A stretch of DNA of 64,000 nt from positions 96,001 to 160,000 of the forward strand of contig JAVZLM010000001.1 of the NCBI GenBank assembly GCA_038883775.1, written 5' to 3'. The DNA comes from Candidatus Bathyarchaeia archaeon. Its GTDB lineage: Archaea; Thermoproteota; Bathyarchaeia; Bathyarchaeales; Bathycorpusculaceae. This document shows, piece by piece, positions 9,066 through 19,108 of this stretch (the stretch's first letter is position 1; every line of letters begins with the position of its first letter). The notes beneath the pieces were generated by a model. The model saw only the letters and a program-made list of their open reading frames with translations. It searched no databases and was not told the origin of the DNA. The position numbers and the translations under genes were made by a program.

Positions 9066-10868
9066 TCAGCCTTTAGTAAAAACGGCTATGTTACCTCTTT
9101 CCGTGACAACTTTCGCAATAAACTCTTCTGGCAAACTAATGTCAACACAAATGTAAATTGCTTCCTCACCAGCATTTACAAACCAATTAGCGTTGTAGCG
9201 TTGATGATTCGTTGTATTAATTATCCATATGGAAACGATGTGCGTTGTTATTGAACCACTGTTCCTTAACTTGAAACTTGCGCCATCTATGACTGCTCTT
9301 ACGGCGAAAAAGTCTATGTCAATTGTTGTCTGGTTGGCATCAAGGCTCACATCACAAAACTTTATTCGCATTGTACAATTGCTGTTGACATAGCTTTGCC
9401 AAGAGTCTGTGAGATTTATTGTGTAATATTCAAAATCTGTTGTTGGTGTAATTTCGCCTATGACATTGTATTGTCCGCTTGTCCAGTTATGCGCATTTAA
9501 CGACCAATTCTCAGACGTGTCATTTGCTCTTAAGCGAATCTGAATTTCGAGCGCGTCTATGTATACAAGAGGATACGTGGACATGTCTAAACTAAATTCT
9601 CCAATAATGCTGAGGGCGTAAGCATCTTGCATTTCAGTTTTCAACTCAATAAAATCCACTTTCAAATCAAACTGTGTATTCGTTGCTTTAACTCCTGTAA
9701 TCTTTAATTTCCAATTTCCAAAGGCATCTCTAAAATATGTTGTATTTGATATGATATTTGCAGTTTTTGTTTCATCTATGTTTGGAGTTGAACTTGAAAT
9801 GTATGATATATAACCGTCACCATCCTCTGGATAATCATTAATATCATAATTGAATAATTGTAACGTCACATTCACATTACCCGTTGTAAAACAACTATCC
9901 ACGGTCCAAATTAATCGGGTCCATAATTCAGTGTTAGATGTTCCAGAAAATTCAGCTTGAACAGTATATTCTATTGGTTTGTCATAACCGCAATAAATGC
10001 TGTACTGATAATTGTTATGTAAGGCGTCGGTTGGGTCGGTTGGTGAGGAATAACTGTTAGAAGTGTCATAATGTCCTTGGTCGGCTGAACCAGTAGTGTA
10101 ATACAATCTAACTTGATTATCTGGTATTATCATTAAAACATATTCGGTATTTGGAGATAATAGCGGAGGGGATGAAAAAGTCGCAGTCCACCATTGAGCA
10201 GCTGTTGTAACTGTCACGGGATTTGTTATTGCTATTATTTTTAGGTCCGTATGCCTTACAATTAAACATTTGACGTTTCTTGTTCCCGCGTTACTTCTAC
10301 AATAGAATGTTATGTTCTTTGCAATTACTGTGTAGTCTGGGGAGGTGAAGACGCTGCCGTACATGCGATTTGCATTGATCAGCGTGGAGCTTGAAACTTG
10401 AGTGTTGCCGAACGTTCCAGTCGTATTTCGTGAAGCATAACTCCTAAAAGTCATGTAAACTCCGTCATCTTCTTGTAAATCTATTATTAAACCAGAAACA
10501 TATTGCGTTGAACCTAATGGATTATATTCAAATGGGTTATAGCTGTAATAAGCTTCTTCCCTAAAAGCTTCATAAACATAATCATCTGTCCACGTGTCCA
10601 TATATGTTCCATTTATCACACTGCCTCTTTCTATCGTGTATGCTGTTTTTGTTGTGAACCATGGAGAGCGTGTAACTCGTGTAACATTGGCTATTCTGAC
10701 GTTTTCTTGCATTCTTTCTAGGTCAAACTGGTTCATTTGGTAACTCCACAAAACCACGTTCGAAACTATGAGCACTATTAGGATTAGGCTTAGCATCACC
10801 ACTATCACATTGCTTACGCCCCTTTTTGCTTGTTTGAATTTTTTAAGGAGCTTTGTAATAGTCTGCAA
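9066..10868 (-). CDS. Large type IV pilin-like protein / putative adhesin with class III signal peptide
   Basis: KRG|VSNVIVV followed by a hydrophobic helix. C-terminal LRNSG..HIVSIWIIN..VVTERGN resembles the adjacent small pilin. Confidence 0.82.
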   Translation of the reverse strand: MQTITKLLKKFKQAKRGVSNVIVVMLSLILIVLIVSNVVLWSYQMNQFDLERMQENVRIANVTRVTRSPWFTTKTAYTIERGSVINGTYMDTWTDDYVYEAFREEAYYSYNPFEYNPLGSTQYVSGLIIDLQEDDGVYMTFRSYASRNTTGTFGNTQVSSSTLINANRMYGSVFTSPDYTVIAKNITFYCRSNAGTRNVKCLIVRHTDLKIIAITNPVTVTTAAQWWTATFSSPPLLSPNTEYVLMIIPDNQVRLYYTTGSADQGHYDTSNSYSSPTDPTDALHNNYQYSIYCGYDKPIEYTVQAEFSGTSNTELWTRLIWTVDSCFTTGNVNVTLQLFNYDINDYPEDGDGYISYISSSTPNIDETKTANIISNTTYFRDAFGNWKLKITGVKATNTQFDLKVDFIELKTEMQDAYALSIIGEFSLDMSTYPLVYIDALEIQIRLRANDTSENWSLNAHNWTSGQYNVIGEITPTTDFEYYTINLTDSWQSYVNSNCTMRIKFCDVSLDANQTTIDIDFFAVRAVIDGASFKLRNSGSITTHIVSIWIINTTNHQRYNANWFVNAGEEAIYICVDISLPEEFIAKVVTERGNIAVFTKG

Positions 10869-11265
10869 TATGGGTCCCTCTTGTTGTTACAATGTCTATG
10901 TAGTATAGGCTGTTAGACGTCCAATTGTATGAGATGTTTAGCCATCCATGCTTGCCTATTTCTAAACTGAATGGTTGTGGAGTGAACATTTGTGATGTAT
11001 GGTTAATGTAAACGGCGGAAATGTGAATGGCAACTTTTCCAACATTGCGAAGATAAATTTGAATGTTGTCTGTTGAATTGTTAAACCATAAATCTTCAAT
11101 GATGAAGCGTTCGCTCATTATTTCCCGCATGTTGGTTGTTATGACATATGTTGCTGTTGTTGCGATTGCCATGGCGCCTACAGCCACAACCGTAAGCAGA
11201 AGGTTGCTTAAAACTGGAGTTATAGCCCGTGAATCCGAAAAAAATCTCTTAAATGCTTTACTCAT
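10843..11265 (-). CDS. Archaeal type IV pilin
   Basis: Class III signal RA|ITPVLSNLLLTVVAV, then LRNVG..VYIN..IVTTRG. Confidence 0.87.
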   Translation of the reverse strand: MSKAFKRFFSDSRAITPVLSNLLLTVVAVGAMAIATTATYVITTNMREIMSERFIIEDLWFNNSTDNIQIYLRNVGKVAIHISAVYINHTSQMFTPQPFSLEIGKHGWLNISYNWTSNSLYYIDIVTTRGTHIADYYKAP

Positions 11266-11275
11266 TTTCCTTCAC

Positions 11276-12091
11276 CTATAAGAAGAGTTTTAGGGCTATG
11301 TAGCCGAAAAGCATCATGATTATACTGTGTTTTAAGCCAGCGTTTGTTGTTCCTTCTCCCATTTTTCCAGCGACTAATCCGCCGAAGAAGGCTTGGATTG
11401 CGGCTAGGTGGAAGAATATGCGTTGCATTTCTTCTGGTGATGTTACTGTTGCTCCAAGTGTTGGTAAGCCTTCTATGCTTAGGAAAAACGACCTGAAAAG
11501 CAGTATTATTGTGAATATGAAAACGAAGAAAGCCACATAAATTATTGCAATGTATGGTCTCGTTTGGTTTCTTCTCTCCTTATCCAGCAAAAGTGTTGTT
11601 TGAATAAACTTTCCAGTTGGGTCAAAAACCTTTTCCACATGCCCTCCAGAATGGCTTGCCTCGATTATTAATGGCACCGTTCTCCTAACAAGAATTGTGT
11701 TGACGCGTTTTCCCAAAGCCAGCAAAGCCTCTTCAAAAGTCATCCCCCAAGACATTTGATTATTCATCTTTCGCAATTCTGCCGTGAGGGGTCCATAGTT
11801 TCTTTTTGAGGCTTCTTCTAAGGCTTGAGGGAGCGTCATGCCTGTCTCTTGGGCTTGGACTATGCTTCTGAAAAGGTCTGGTAAATGCTCGTCTATTGCC
11901 CTTCTCCACTTATAATCGATATAGTTTAGGATTGTTGGAGGCGAAACAGCAACTATTACAGCGAAAAATACGAATTCATCGAAGGTTCTGCTTCCTCCAA
12001 ACATGATATAAGCGAAAAGGGTTATGGCGAAGGCTACAGAAACCGAGGCAATCCACGCAATTTTTTTGATGCGCTCTTCTATTTTTGGCAT
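11276..12091 (-). CDS. Type II secretion system F-family (TadC-like) platform protein
   Basis: IDEHLPDLFR..GMTLPQAL..YGPLT and GLVAGKMGEG. Located in the pilus operon. Confidence 0.9.
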   Translation of the reverse strand: MPKIEERIKKIAWIASVSVAFAITLFAYIMFGGSRTFDEFVFFAVIVAVSPPTILNYIDYKWRRAIDEHLPDLFRSIVQAQETGMTLPQALEEASKRNYGPLTAELRKMNNQMSWGMTFEEALLALGKRVNTILVRRTVPLIIEASHSGGHVEKVFDPTGKFIQTTLLLDKERRNQTRPYIAIIYVAFFVFIFTIILLFRSFFLSIEGLPTLGATVTSPEEMQRIFFHLAAIQAFFGGLVAGKMGEGTTNAGLKHSIIMMLFGYIALKLFL

Positions 12092-12097
12092 TATAAA

Positions 12098-13105
12098 CTA
12101 CCACTTTGGCGATACAGCATCCAATATTATGAGAAACATTATGGAGCCCAGTGGTATCCCAATATAAGTTAGCAAGCTTAGCAGCAGGTTTGGGCTTAAC
12201 ATGCCGAGAAAGCCTCCGCCCATCATCTCCATCACCGCCAACATAATTATGAGAAGTAATGGTCCAGTAACAATCAAAGCCACATAAAACTCTGATAATA
12301 TGGACAGGGTATCCGAAAATTTGCGGAGGCTTATCCTCTTAAGCTTCATGTATTGCCTAGACTTTTCACGGAGATAAGCGGACAAGTTTCCGCCTGAATG
12401 GATTGTTGAAATGAGTCCTTGAAGCATTTCACGAAACCTTTCAGACGAAGTTCGTTTAGATGATTCTTCTAAGGCGGAGATTATGTCCAAGCCAAAAAGT
12501 CCCACATCCCTAACAATGTTTTTGGCTTCTATTGAAACGGTTAATGGTTCGCTAAGGTTTGAAAGGGAATAGAAAATTTTTTCTGGAGAAACCCCGGCTG
12601 TTGTGAGAATCGCCATATACCCCGTGGTGAAGGGCAACTCGTCTTCTAACTCTCTTTTAAGTTTGTCTGCACGATAGACTGGGTATGCATAAAATCCTAT
12701 GATGGAAAATGCACTTGTGAATAGGCTTCCGCCTAAGCCGAAGAGGATTGCTGGTAAGAGTGGAATTTTGAAAAGGAAAAATAGCATTGTTGGAATGAGG
12801 GCTAATGTGAAGAGTGAAGCCAAAATTGTGACAAAAATTGTTAGGCTAACGTATGCCTTAAAATTAACCTTTAACTCTGACCTTTGCAAATTCGAGTCTA
12901 AGTCTCTAAAAAGTGGAAGGAAGCGTCCTATCTTTCCGCCGATAAGTTGATAAGCTAACGTGTGTGTTTCTTTCAACTCAAATTTTTGCCTTTTTGACGC
13001 TTTTTCTAATTCTGTTTTTGAGTGTCTTATTGATGACAGCTTAAAAATTAATTTGAAACGGTCGAAGAATTGTTTGATTTTTTGGTAAGCCTTCGTGTTT
13101 TTCAT
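12098..13105 (-). CDS. Type II secretion system F-family (TadB/TadC-like) platform protein
   Basis: LEDELPF, GLDIISAL and STIHSGGNL, plus TM segments. Confidence 0.9.
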   Translation of the reverse strand: MKNTKAYQKIKQFFDRFKLIFKLSSIRHSKTELEKASKRQKFELKETHTLAYQLIGGKIGRFLPLFRDLDSNLQRSELKVNFKAYVSLTIFVTILASLFTLALIPTMLFFLFKIPLLPAILFGLGGSLFTSAFSIIGFYAYPVYRADKLKRELEDELPFTTGYMAILTTAGVSPEKIFYSLSNLSEPLTVSIEAKNIVRDVGLFGLDIISALEESSKRTSSERFREMLQGLISTIHSGGNLSAYLREKSRQYMKLKRISLRKFSDTLSILSEFYVALIVTGPLLLIIMLAVMEMMGGGFLGMLSPNLLLSLLTYIGIPLGSIMFLIILDAVSPKW

Positions 13106-14652
13106 TTCAATCCCACTCTCGCTTTTTGGAAAACCCTGTTTGGATTGGCGTAATATTCTCGAATCACGTTTGAAACATCAATGTAGCGCCTTATGCCCTT
13201 CTTAACCATCCATTCCAGAACGGTTTTTCTGCGCTGCAACTCCTGCCTAATTTCTTCTTCGCTTATGTCCATTTTCTTCATGTGTTTTTCAAGGATGCTG
13301 CTATGTCCAGAAAATATGAACTTGTCCTCTTTTGGGTTCCAGCGGAAGACATCTTCTGTTAATATGTTTTTTGTTTTTGAATTTAACCCTAAAACCTCGC
13401 TTGTTACGCTTGCTCTTCTTGCTGGTTTTCCTTCAATTTCAGTTCTTGTCATAACCATTATGACGTTGGTCATGGCTATGAGTGGTTTTGGAATGTTCAT
13501 CGGTTCGGATTGTAGACGATTTATTGTGGCTTCAACTGATTCTGCGTGGATTGTGCTCATTCCTAAGTGTCCTGTTGCCATGGCTTGAAAAAGCGTGTAG
13601 GCTTCTTCTCCTCGGACTTCGCCTACGATTATGTAGTCTGGTCTTTGTCTGACAGCTGCCTTTAACAAGTCGAAGAGGGTTATTGTGCCGCCTTTTCTGT
13701 CTTCATGTCCAAAACCGAGTCTTACAACTGAGGGTATCCAGTTTTCATGGGGAAGGTTAAGCTCTTGTGTGTCTTCTACGCTTACTATTTTCATTTCTGG
13801 CTTTATGAACATTGATAGGCAATTCAGCATGGTTGTCTTTCCAGAAGCCACACCCCCAGCAACAAGCACCGAAGCCCTATTCTCTATTATATACCACAAG
13901 AAGGCAGCCATTTCCGAAGAAATCGTGTTGAAAGCTATTAAGTCTGAAATAGTTAGGGGGTCAACTCTAAAGCGTCGAATTGTGAACGTTGATCCTCGCC
14001 TTGTCACTTCATTTCCATAAGTTAGTTGAACACGGCTACCGTCTGGAAGGGATGCGTCCAAAATTGGGGATGCTATGGAAATGTTTTTTCCAGCCAAATA
14101 TGCCAAGCGGATTATGAAAGAGTTTAATTCTGCTTCATTTTGGAATATTACGTTTGTCGGTAAAGACTCGTAAAGCCTATGCCAAACATAAATTGGTATG
14201 TTGACGCCATCCGCTGATATGTCCTCAATTAGGTGGTCTTTCATTAATGGGTCTATTTTTCCGTAACCTATGAAATCCCGTGTAAGATAGTATATGAGTT
14301 TGTCTATGGCTTCTTGTGAAACTTTTATCTTATATTTTTTAATTATTTCCCTTGTTTTTTCTTCAAGATATTTTTCTGCCTTCTCTTTGGTTTCTATCTC
14401 CTTTAAGTTTACGTCCAACTCTTCCATCAAAAACGCTTTTATATCTTTTAGAAGCCTTTCCTCCTCTTTTTGAAGGGTTGGTTCTACAACTTCGTAATGG
14501 ATTTTTTGGGTTTCTGGGTCTTTAACTATGGCTGCGTACACATATGGTTCTTTTATTGGGTAGACTTCTCTGAAGACTGTTGGTTTTTTTATTTCCGCCC
14601 CTATGGTTATGGTTGGTTTTGTTTCTTCTATGGTTTTTGGGGCTTTTGGCAT
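13102..14652 (-). CDS. Type II/IV secretion (VirB11/TadA/ArlI-like) pilus assembly ATPase
   Basis: Walker A GGVASGKTT, VEDTQEL, RQRPDYIIVGEVRG and TGHLGMSTIHA. Confidence 0.93.
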   Translation of the reverse strand: MPKAPKTIEETKPTITIGAEIKKPTVFREVYPIKEPYVYAAIVKDPETQKIHYEVVEPTLQKEEERLLKDIKAFLMEELDVNLKEIETKEKAEKYLEEKTREIIKKYKIKVSQEAIDKLIYYLTRDFIGYGKIDPLMKDHLIEDISADGVNIPIYVWHRLYESLPTNVIFQNEAELNSFIIRLAYLAGKNISIASPILDASLPDGSRVQLTYGNEVTRRGSTFTIRRFRVDPLTISDLIAFNTISSEMAAFLWYIIENRASVLVAGGVASGKTTMLNCLSMFIKPEMKIVSVEDTQELNLPHENWIPSVVRLGFGHEDRKGGTITLFDLLKAAVRQRPDYIIVGEVRGEEAYTLFQAMATGHLGMSTIHAESVEATINRLQSEPMNIPKPLIAMTNVIMVMTRTEIEGKPARRASVTSEVLGLNSKTKNILTEDVFRWNPKEDKFIFSGHSSILEKHMKKMDISEEEIRQELQRRKTVLEWMVKKGIRRYIDVSNVIREYYANPNRVFQKARVGLK

Positions 14653-14925
14653 TGGTTTTCACCGTTTGGTTTAGGGTGCGGGGTGTTTTTTCATAAGTAT
14701 AGTGTGTCGTGTGTCTTAATAAGTTATATGCATAACTAATCTTTAGCATGCTTAACACTAACAACCAAAACCCAACTCAACGTTAACAACTTAGCCTCTA
14801 ACTTCTAACTCACAAACCAACTTACTTATATCTCGCCCTTCGTTTCTGGCGCTTCTTCTTCTGTTTCCGCATCCTTTTCTTTTTCCATTTAGCCCTTATA
14901 GGCGACACTCTCCATAATTTTAAGT

Positions 14926-15546
14926 CTACTCTATTGTTGCATGTCTACGCTTTAAATCCTCCTCGGTTCTCCCCATCCGATGCATTAACTCCACAATTAA
15001 GCTGTCTAAGAATACCATACAATTGTTTTCGAAGACGCTTCCCAGGGGAGTTAACGGTTCCCTTTCACCCATAATCTGCCTAGCTAAATAATCGTCTTCC
15101 CTTGGCCAGCCCATTTTTGTCCTTCCCTTAACAGTTACGACTAGGTCTGCCATTTGACCCAGTGGGGATTCGGGGAAGGATGTTATGGCGATTACTGTAG
15201 CGCCTATTTCTTTGGCTGCGGTGCTCGCTGTTAAAACCATTTTTGTGGCACCTGTTCCTGAAATGGCTATGAGGAGGTCTCCTTTTTCGGCTGCTGGCGT
15301 TATGGTTTCGCCTAGGAAGTAAACATTAAATCCTAAATTCATTAGGCGTAAGGCGAAGGCTCTGGCGACGAATCCGCTTCTTCCAATGCCTACAATAAAG
15401 ATTTTTTTATCTTTTGCTCCTATAAGAAGCTCTATTAACCGTTCAACTTCTTTCATGTTAAGTTCTTCAATACACCTTTTAATTCCTTCGATTATTTCTT
15501 CCGCCGCTGCCTTGAGCATCTCCAACTTTTTAGCCTCGAAACCCAT
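14926..15546 (-). CDS. hxlB: 6-phospho-3-hexuloisomerase (SIS domain)
   Basis: Motifs GIGRSG, FALRLMNLG, ISGTG, PLGSVFE and C-terminal RHATIE. Confidence 0.9.
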   Translation of the reverse strand: MGFEAKKLEMLKAAAEEIIEGIKRCIEELNMKEVERLIELLIGAKDKKIFIVGIGRSGFVARAFALRLMNLGFNVYFLGETITPAAEKGDLLIAISGTGATKMVLTASTAAKEIGATVIAITSFPESPLGQMADLVVTVKGRTKMGWPREDDYLARQIMGEREPLTPLGSVFENNCMVFLDSLIVELMHRMGRTEEDLKRRHATIE

Positions 15547-15576
15547 TAAATTGCGTCTGTATTAAAAGCCTTATGG

Positions 15577-16365
15577 TTAAATTGTGCCTTTCAAAAGCTG
15601 GTTTAATGATGGAATTGGGACGTATAGGCGTATGAAAATTGCTGTTACCAAAATTCCAATGGTTATGGCTATCAAAATAAAATCGTTTTTATGCATTTTT
15701 AAAACGTAAAGGTTTGTGCGTTTTTTGGTTGCTCCCCAAGCACGGGATTCCATGGCTTCTGCCAACTCGAGGCTTCTTCTGATTGCACTTACAATTAATG
15801 GTATGAGAATTGGAATATAATTCCTAATTCTTTTCAGAAAGTTTCCCCGCTCAAGTTCTAAACCCCTAGCCTTTTGTGCATCCATTATTGTCTGGGCTTC
15901 TTCGGCTAAAACTGGGACAAAACGCACGGCAGTTGTGAAGGCGAAGCAGAACTCGTAGGGCATTCCTGTCTGTTCTAGGGCTAAGCCCAAATGGTCTGGC
16001 GACGTTGTTAAGAAGAAGATTGAGAAAGATTCTATTAAGACTATGAAACGTAATGTTAGGGCAATGGCATTTTCTAGGCTTTCTGCTAATTCACGTCCTC
16101 CAAAATAGGCAACAGCAAAGTTTGTTATGAAAATTATTGTGGCTAAGAATGCGCCTCCACGCATTGAACGAAGCCATTCTCGTTTAACTCCAGCCAAAAC
16201 AACGAAGGGTATCTGTATGATAAAAAGCACAATTAGGGGTATGAGTTCCCAAAAGATTATTGCTATGACAAAAATTGCGAGGACGTAGATGAATTTTATT
16301 CTTGGGTCTAAATTGTGAATGGGCGAATAAACCCTTCTGAATTTTAATCCATCAAAAACGCTCAT
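15577..16365 (-). CDS. ecfT: ECF transporter transmembrane T component
   Basis: Motifs LDPRIK, AQKARG and AMESRA. Confidence 0.92.
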   Translation of the reverse strand: MSVFDGLKFRRVYSPIHNLDPRIKFIYVLAIFVIAIIFWELIPLIVLFIIQIPFVVLAGVKREWLRSMRGGAFLATIIFITNFAVAYFGGRELAESLENAIALTLRFIVLIESFSIFFLTTSPDHLGLALEQTGMPYEFCFAFTTAVRFVPVLAEEAQTIMDAQKARGLELERGNFLKRIRNYIPILIPLIVSAIRRSLELAEAMESRAWGATKKRTNLYVLKMHKNDFILIAITIGILVTAIFIRLYVPIPSLNQLLKGTI

Positions 16366-17186
16366 TTGATATCGCTCTCAAAAATTTTAAGCAGTATTTC
16401 CCTTGCTTCGTAAACGTCAATGACGTTTCTTGGCAGTTCCAGGCTTGGTATTTGCATGAAAATTTGGGCTATTTGAGGCGGAACTATGGATGCTCGAGTT
16501 AAAACTTCCTCGTTTGTTAGAATCTCTTTTGCTTCGCCGTCTGCAACAATTTTTCCTTCCCGCATTAGAACAACTCTTGGATTGCATTCAGCCACAAACT
16601 CCACATCATGCGTAACAATAATCACAGTTTTTCTCTGCGTTTTCAACTGCAAAATAAACTGTCTAAGCTTCTCTTTTTGTTGATAATCTTGCCCAATTGT
16701 CGGTTCGTCTAATATGAGTATTTTTGGGTTCCAAGCAAGAACCGAGGCAAGGGCTACCCGTTTTCTTTCTCCACCGCTTAGCATGAACGGCGAAGTTTTC
16801 TTGTATTGAGTTAACCCTAAAAGGTTGAGCGCCCATTGGACTCTGCGCTTTATGATTGATTCTTTGAAGCCGAAATTTTTTAATGCGAAGGCTATCTCCT
16901 CTTCCACTGTTTCGCAGAAAAGCTGATGATCTGGATTCTGGAAAACAAAGCCCACTTTTCTGGCTAGGGTTGCCACGCTAACTTTTGTTGTTTCAACATC
17001 ATCCACCAAAACCCTTCCTTTTGTTGGCTTCAGTAATCCATTAAAATGTTTAACGAGGGTTGTTTTTCCAGCGCCGTTCTGCCCCATTATGGCTACGAAT
17101 TCGCCGTTCTTGATTTTTAGGGACACGCCCTTTAATGCTTCTACGCCGTTTGGATATCTAAAATAGACGTCTTCCACTTCAATCAT
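16362..17186 (-). CDS. ecfA: ECF transporter ATPase A2
   Basis: GQNGAGKT, FQNPDHQ, LSGGE and LDEPT. Confidence 0.92.
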   Translation of the reverse strand: MIEVEDVYFRYPNGVEALKGVSLKIKNGEFVAIMGQNGAGKTTLVKHFNGLLKPTKGRVLVDDVETTKVSVATLARKVGFVFQNPDHQLFCETVEEEIAFALKNFGFKESIIKRRVQWALNLLGLTQYKKTSPFMLSGGERKRVALASVLAWNPKILILDEPTIGQDYQQKEKLRQFILQLKTQRKTVIIVTHDVEFVAECNPRVVLMREGKIVADGEAKEILTNEEVLTRASIVPPQIAQIFMQIPSLELPRNVIDVYEAREILLKIFESDIK

Positions 17187-18033
17187 GAACTTTTAAAGCC
17201 TCCTTTAAGAGGTTTGCCATTTCATCAGAAGACAAAGGAATAGTATTGCCAAGCTTTACTCCATCCTTCCTTAGAATGTGGTATAGGCGTGTTGCCTTTG
17301 GAATTCCTATCCCAATAAGGCGAGCTTCTTCAGAACTTAAGATTTTATGGGGTTCGCCGTCCAAAACAACTTTTCCATCATCCATTACAATTATGTGATT
17401 GGTGTATCTTGCTGTCAAATCAAGTCTATGCTCGACAAGCACAACGGTTATTCCAAGCTTCTTATTCAATTCATAAATAACTTCAAAGATTTTCTTTGCA
17501 CTTAACGGGTCAAGGAAAGATGTGGGTTCGTCTAAAACCATAACCTCTGGCTGCATAGCTAATATGGAGGCTATGGCAACACGCTGTTGTTGTCCCCCAG
17601 AAAGTTCATGGGGCGCCCTTTCTCTCAAATCATATATGCCCGTGAGATTCAGCGCCCAATCCACCCTCTTTCTTATTTCTTCTCTTGGCACTCCAAGATT
17701 TTCAAGTCCGAAAGCAACATCCTTCTCCACTGAAAGAGCAAAAAGCTGGTTTTCAGGGTTTTGGAACACAAGCCCCACATGTTTTGCCATTTCATAAATC
17801 GGATTTTTGAGAACGTCTAATCCAGCGACTGTTATTTCTCCCTTTAATTCGCCTTGATAGAAATGGGGAATCAACCCATTGAAGCATCGACAGAGAGTTG
17901 TCTTTCCACAGCCGCTTGGACCAGTTATGAGGGCGAATTCGCCTTTCTCTATTTTTATGGAAACATCACTAATTGACGGTTTTGTTCCGCCCGGATAAGT
18001 GTATGTGAGGTTTTTTGTTTCAATCACTGACAT
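17179..18033 (-). CDS. ecfA: ECF transporter ATPase A1
   Basis: GPSGCGKT, FQNPENQ, LSGGQ and LDEPT. Confidence 0.92.
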   Translation of the reverse strand: MSVIETKNLTYTYPGGTKPSISDVSIKIEKGEFALITGPSGCGKTTLCRCFNGLIPHFYQGELKGEITVAGLDVLKNPIYEMAKHVGLVFQNPENQLFALSVEKDVAFGLENLGVPREEIRKRVDWALNLTGIYDLRERAPHELSGGQQQRVAIASILAMQPEVMVLDEPTSFLDPLSAKKIFEVIYELNKKLGITVVLVEHRLDLTARYTNHIIVMDDGKVVLDGEPHKILSSEEARLIGIGIPKATRLYHILRKDGVKLGNTIPLSSDEMANLLKEALKVHD

Positions 18034-18112
18034 GCTTGCTGTTCCTACCCATTTGTAAGCGGTATTTTTGGCTCATTTAAGAGTAGCTACTTAAATATGT
18101 TATACTAAAGTG

Positions 18113-19108
18113 CTATGCTGCGTTGGCTAACTTTTCTTTAAGAAGCCTTAAACATCGTTTAAGCCCAGTTTCAATATCTCCAACACCGTTCACGCCGGCG
18201 GCTGTGGAGTGTCCACCTCCCATGCCATGGAGATATTCGCCTAAGGGTTTGGCTATGTCTTTGCCTAAATGTATGCCTGCTTTCTCATGAAACTCGCGAA
18301 CACAGCGTAGGCTTATTTCGAGATTTTCATTTTTTTGTCCTGCCACCACAGCCACATGGGCGCCTAGGTCGATTATGGCTCTTGCTGCTGAAGCTTGGTA
18401 AGCGCTGACATGGGAGAAGGCAATTATCCATTCTCCAACCTTGAAAAGTTTGGCTCTTCTGCACGCTTTCAGTCTTGCAACTCTTTCGGAAAAGTCCATG
18501 GGCAAAGAAAGCAAAGATAATGTTTCTTGTGCGTTTACGCCTGCGTCAATGAGTTCTGCAATTGATTTTAGTGTCGACGAATTGGCTAATACGAAGTGGC
18601 GTGTGTCGAAAGCTATTCCCAAAAACAATGCTTTAGCCTCATTTGCTCCGGGTTTGATGCTCATTTCTTTAAAGAAATTGTATACGATTTCGCATGTGGA
18701 TGATGCTTCTTCATTGCTTATGCAGATTTTTGCCATTTGCTCTGTTTCTGGGTGGGCAGCATGATGGTCGATGACTATGAGAGGCGCCTTTAATGTTTTG
18801 ACTTTTTCAGCTAAATTATTAAGTTGTTGGATTGTGTTTGTGTCAAGCAAAACTATGATGTCTGCTTTTTCAATGTTGGCTTGGGCTTTAACTTCTATGG
18901 GAATATGTTTAAGGAGATGTTTTGATAGGCGGCTTATTCCTTGGGCTGCCACAATTTCAACTTCAACTTTCGGTTTTAAACTTCTTAATAGGCTTGCAAA
19001 GGCGTAGGCTGAGCAGATGGCATCTGGGTCAGCATTATGATGGCATAATAAAACAACAAGTTTGGCATCTATTTCTTCCAGAAGTTTCATTATTTTTGTG
19101 AATGACAC
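18113..19108 (-). CDS. DHH/DHHA1 family phosphoesterase
   Basis: HNADPDA, IDHH and GGGHSTAAG. Confidence 0.9.
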   Translation of the reverse strand: MSFTKIMKLLEEIDAKLVVLLCHHNADPDAICSAYAFASLLRSLKPKVEVEIVAAQGISRLSKHLLKHIPIEVKAQANIEKADIIVLLDTNTIQQLNNLAEKVKTLKAPLIVIDHHAAHPETEQMAKICISNEEASSTCEIVYNFFKEMSIKPGANEAKALFLGIAFDTRHFVLANSSTLKSIAELIDAGVNAQETLSLLSLPMDFSERVARLKACRRAKLFKVGEWIIAFSHVSAYQASAARAIIDLGAHVAVVAGQKNENLEISLRCVREFHEKAGIHLGKDIAKPLGEYLHGMGGGHSTAAGVNGVGDIETGLKRCLRLLKEKLANAA

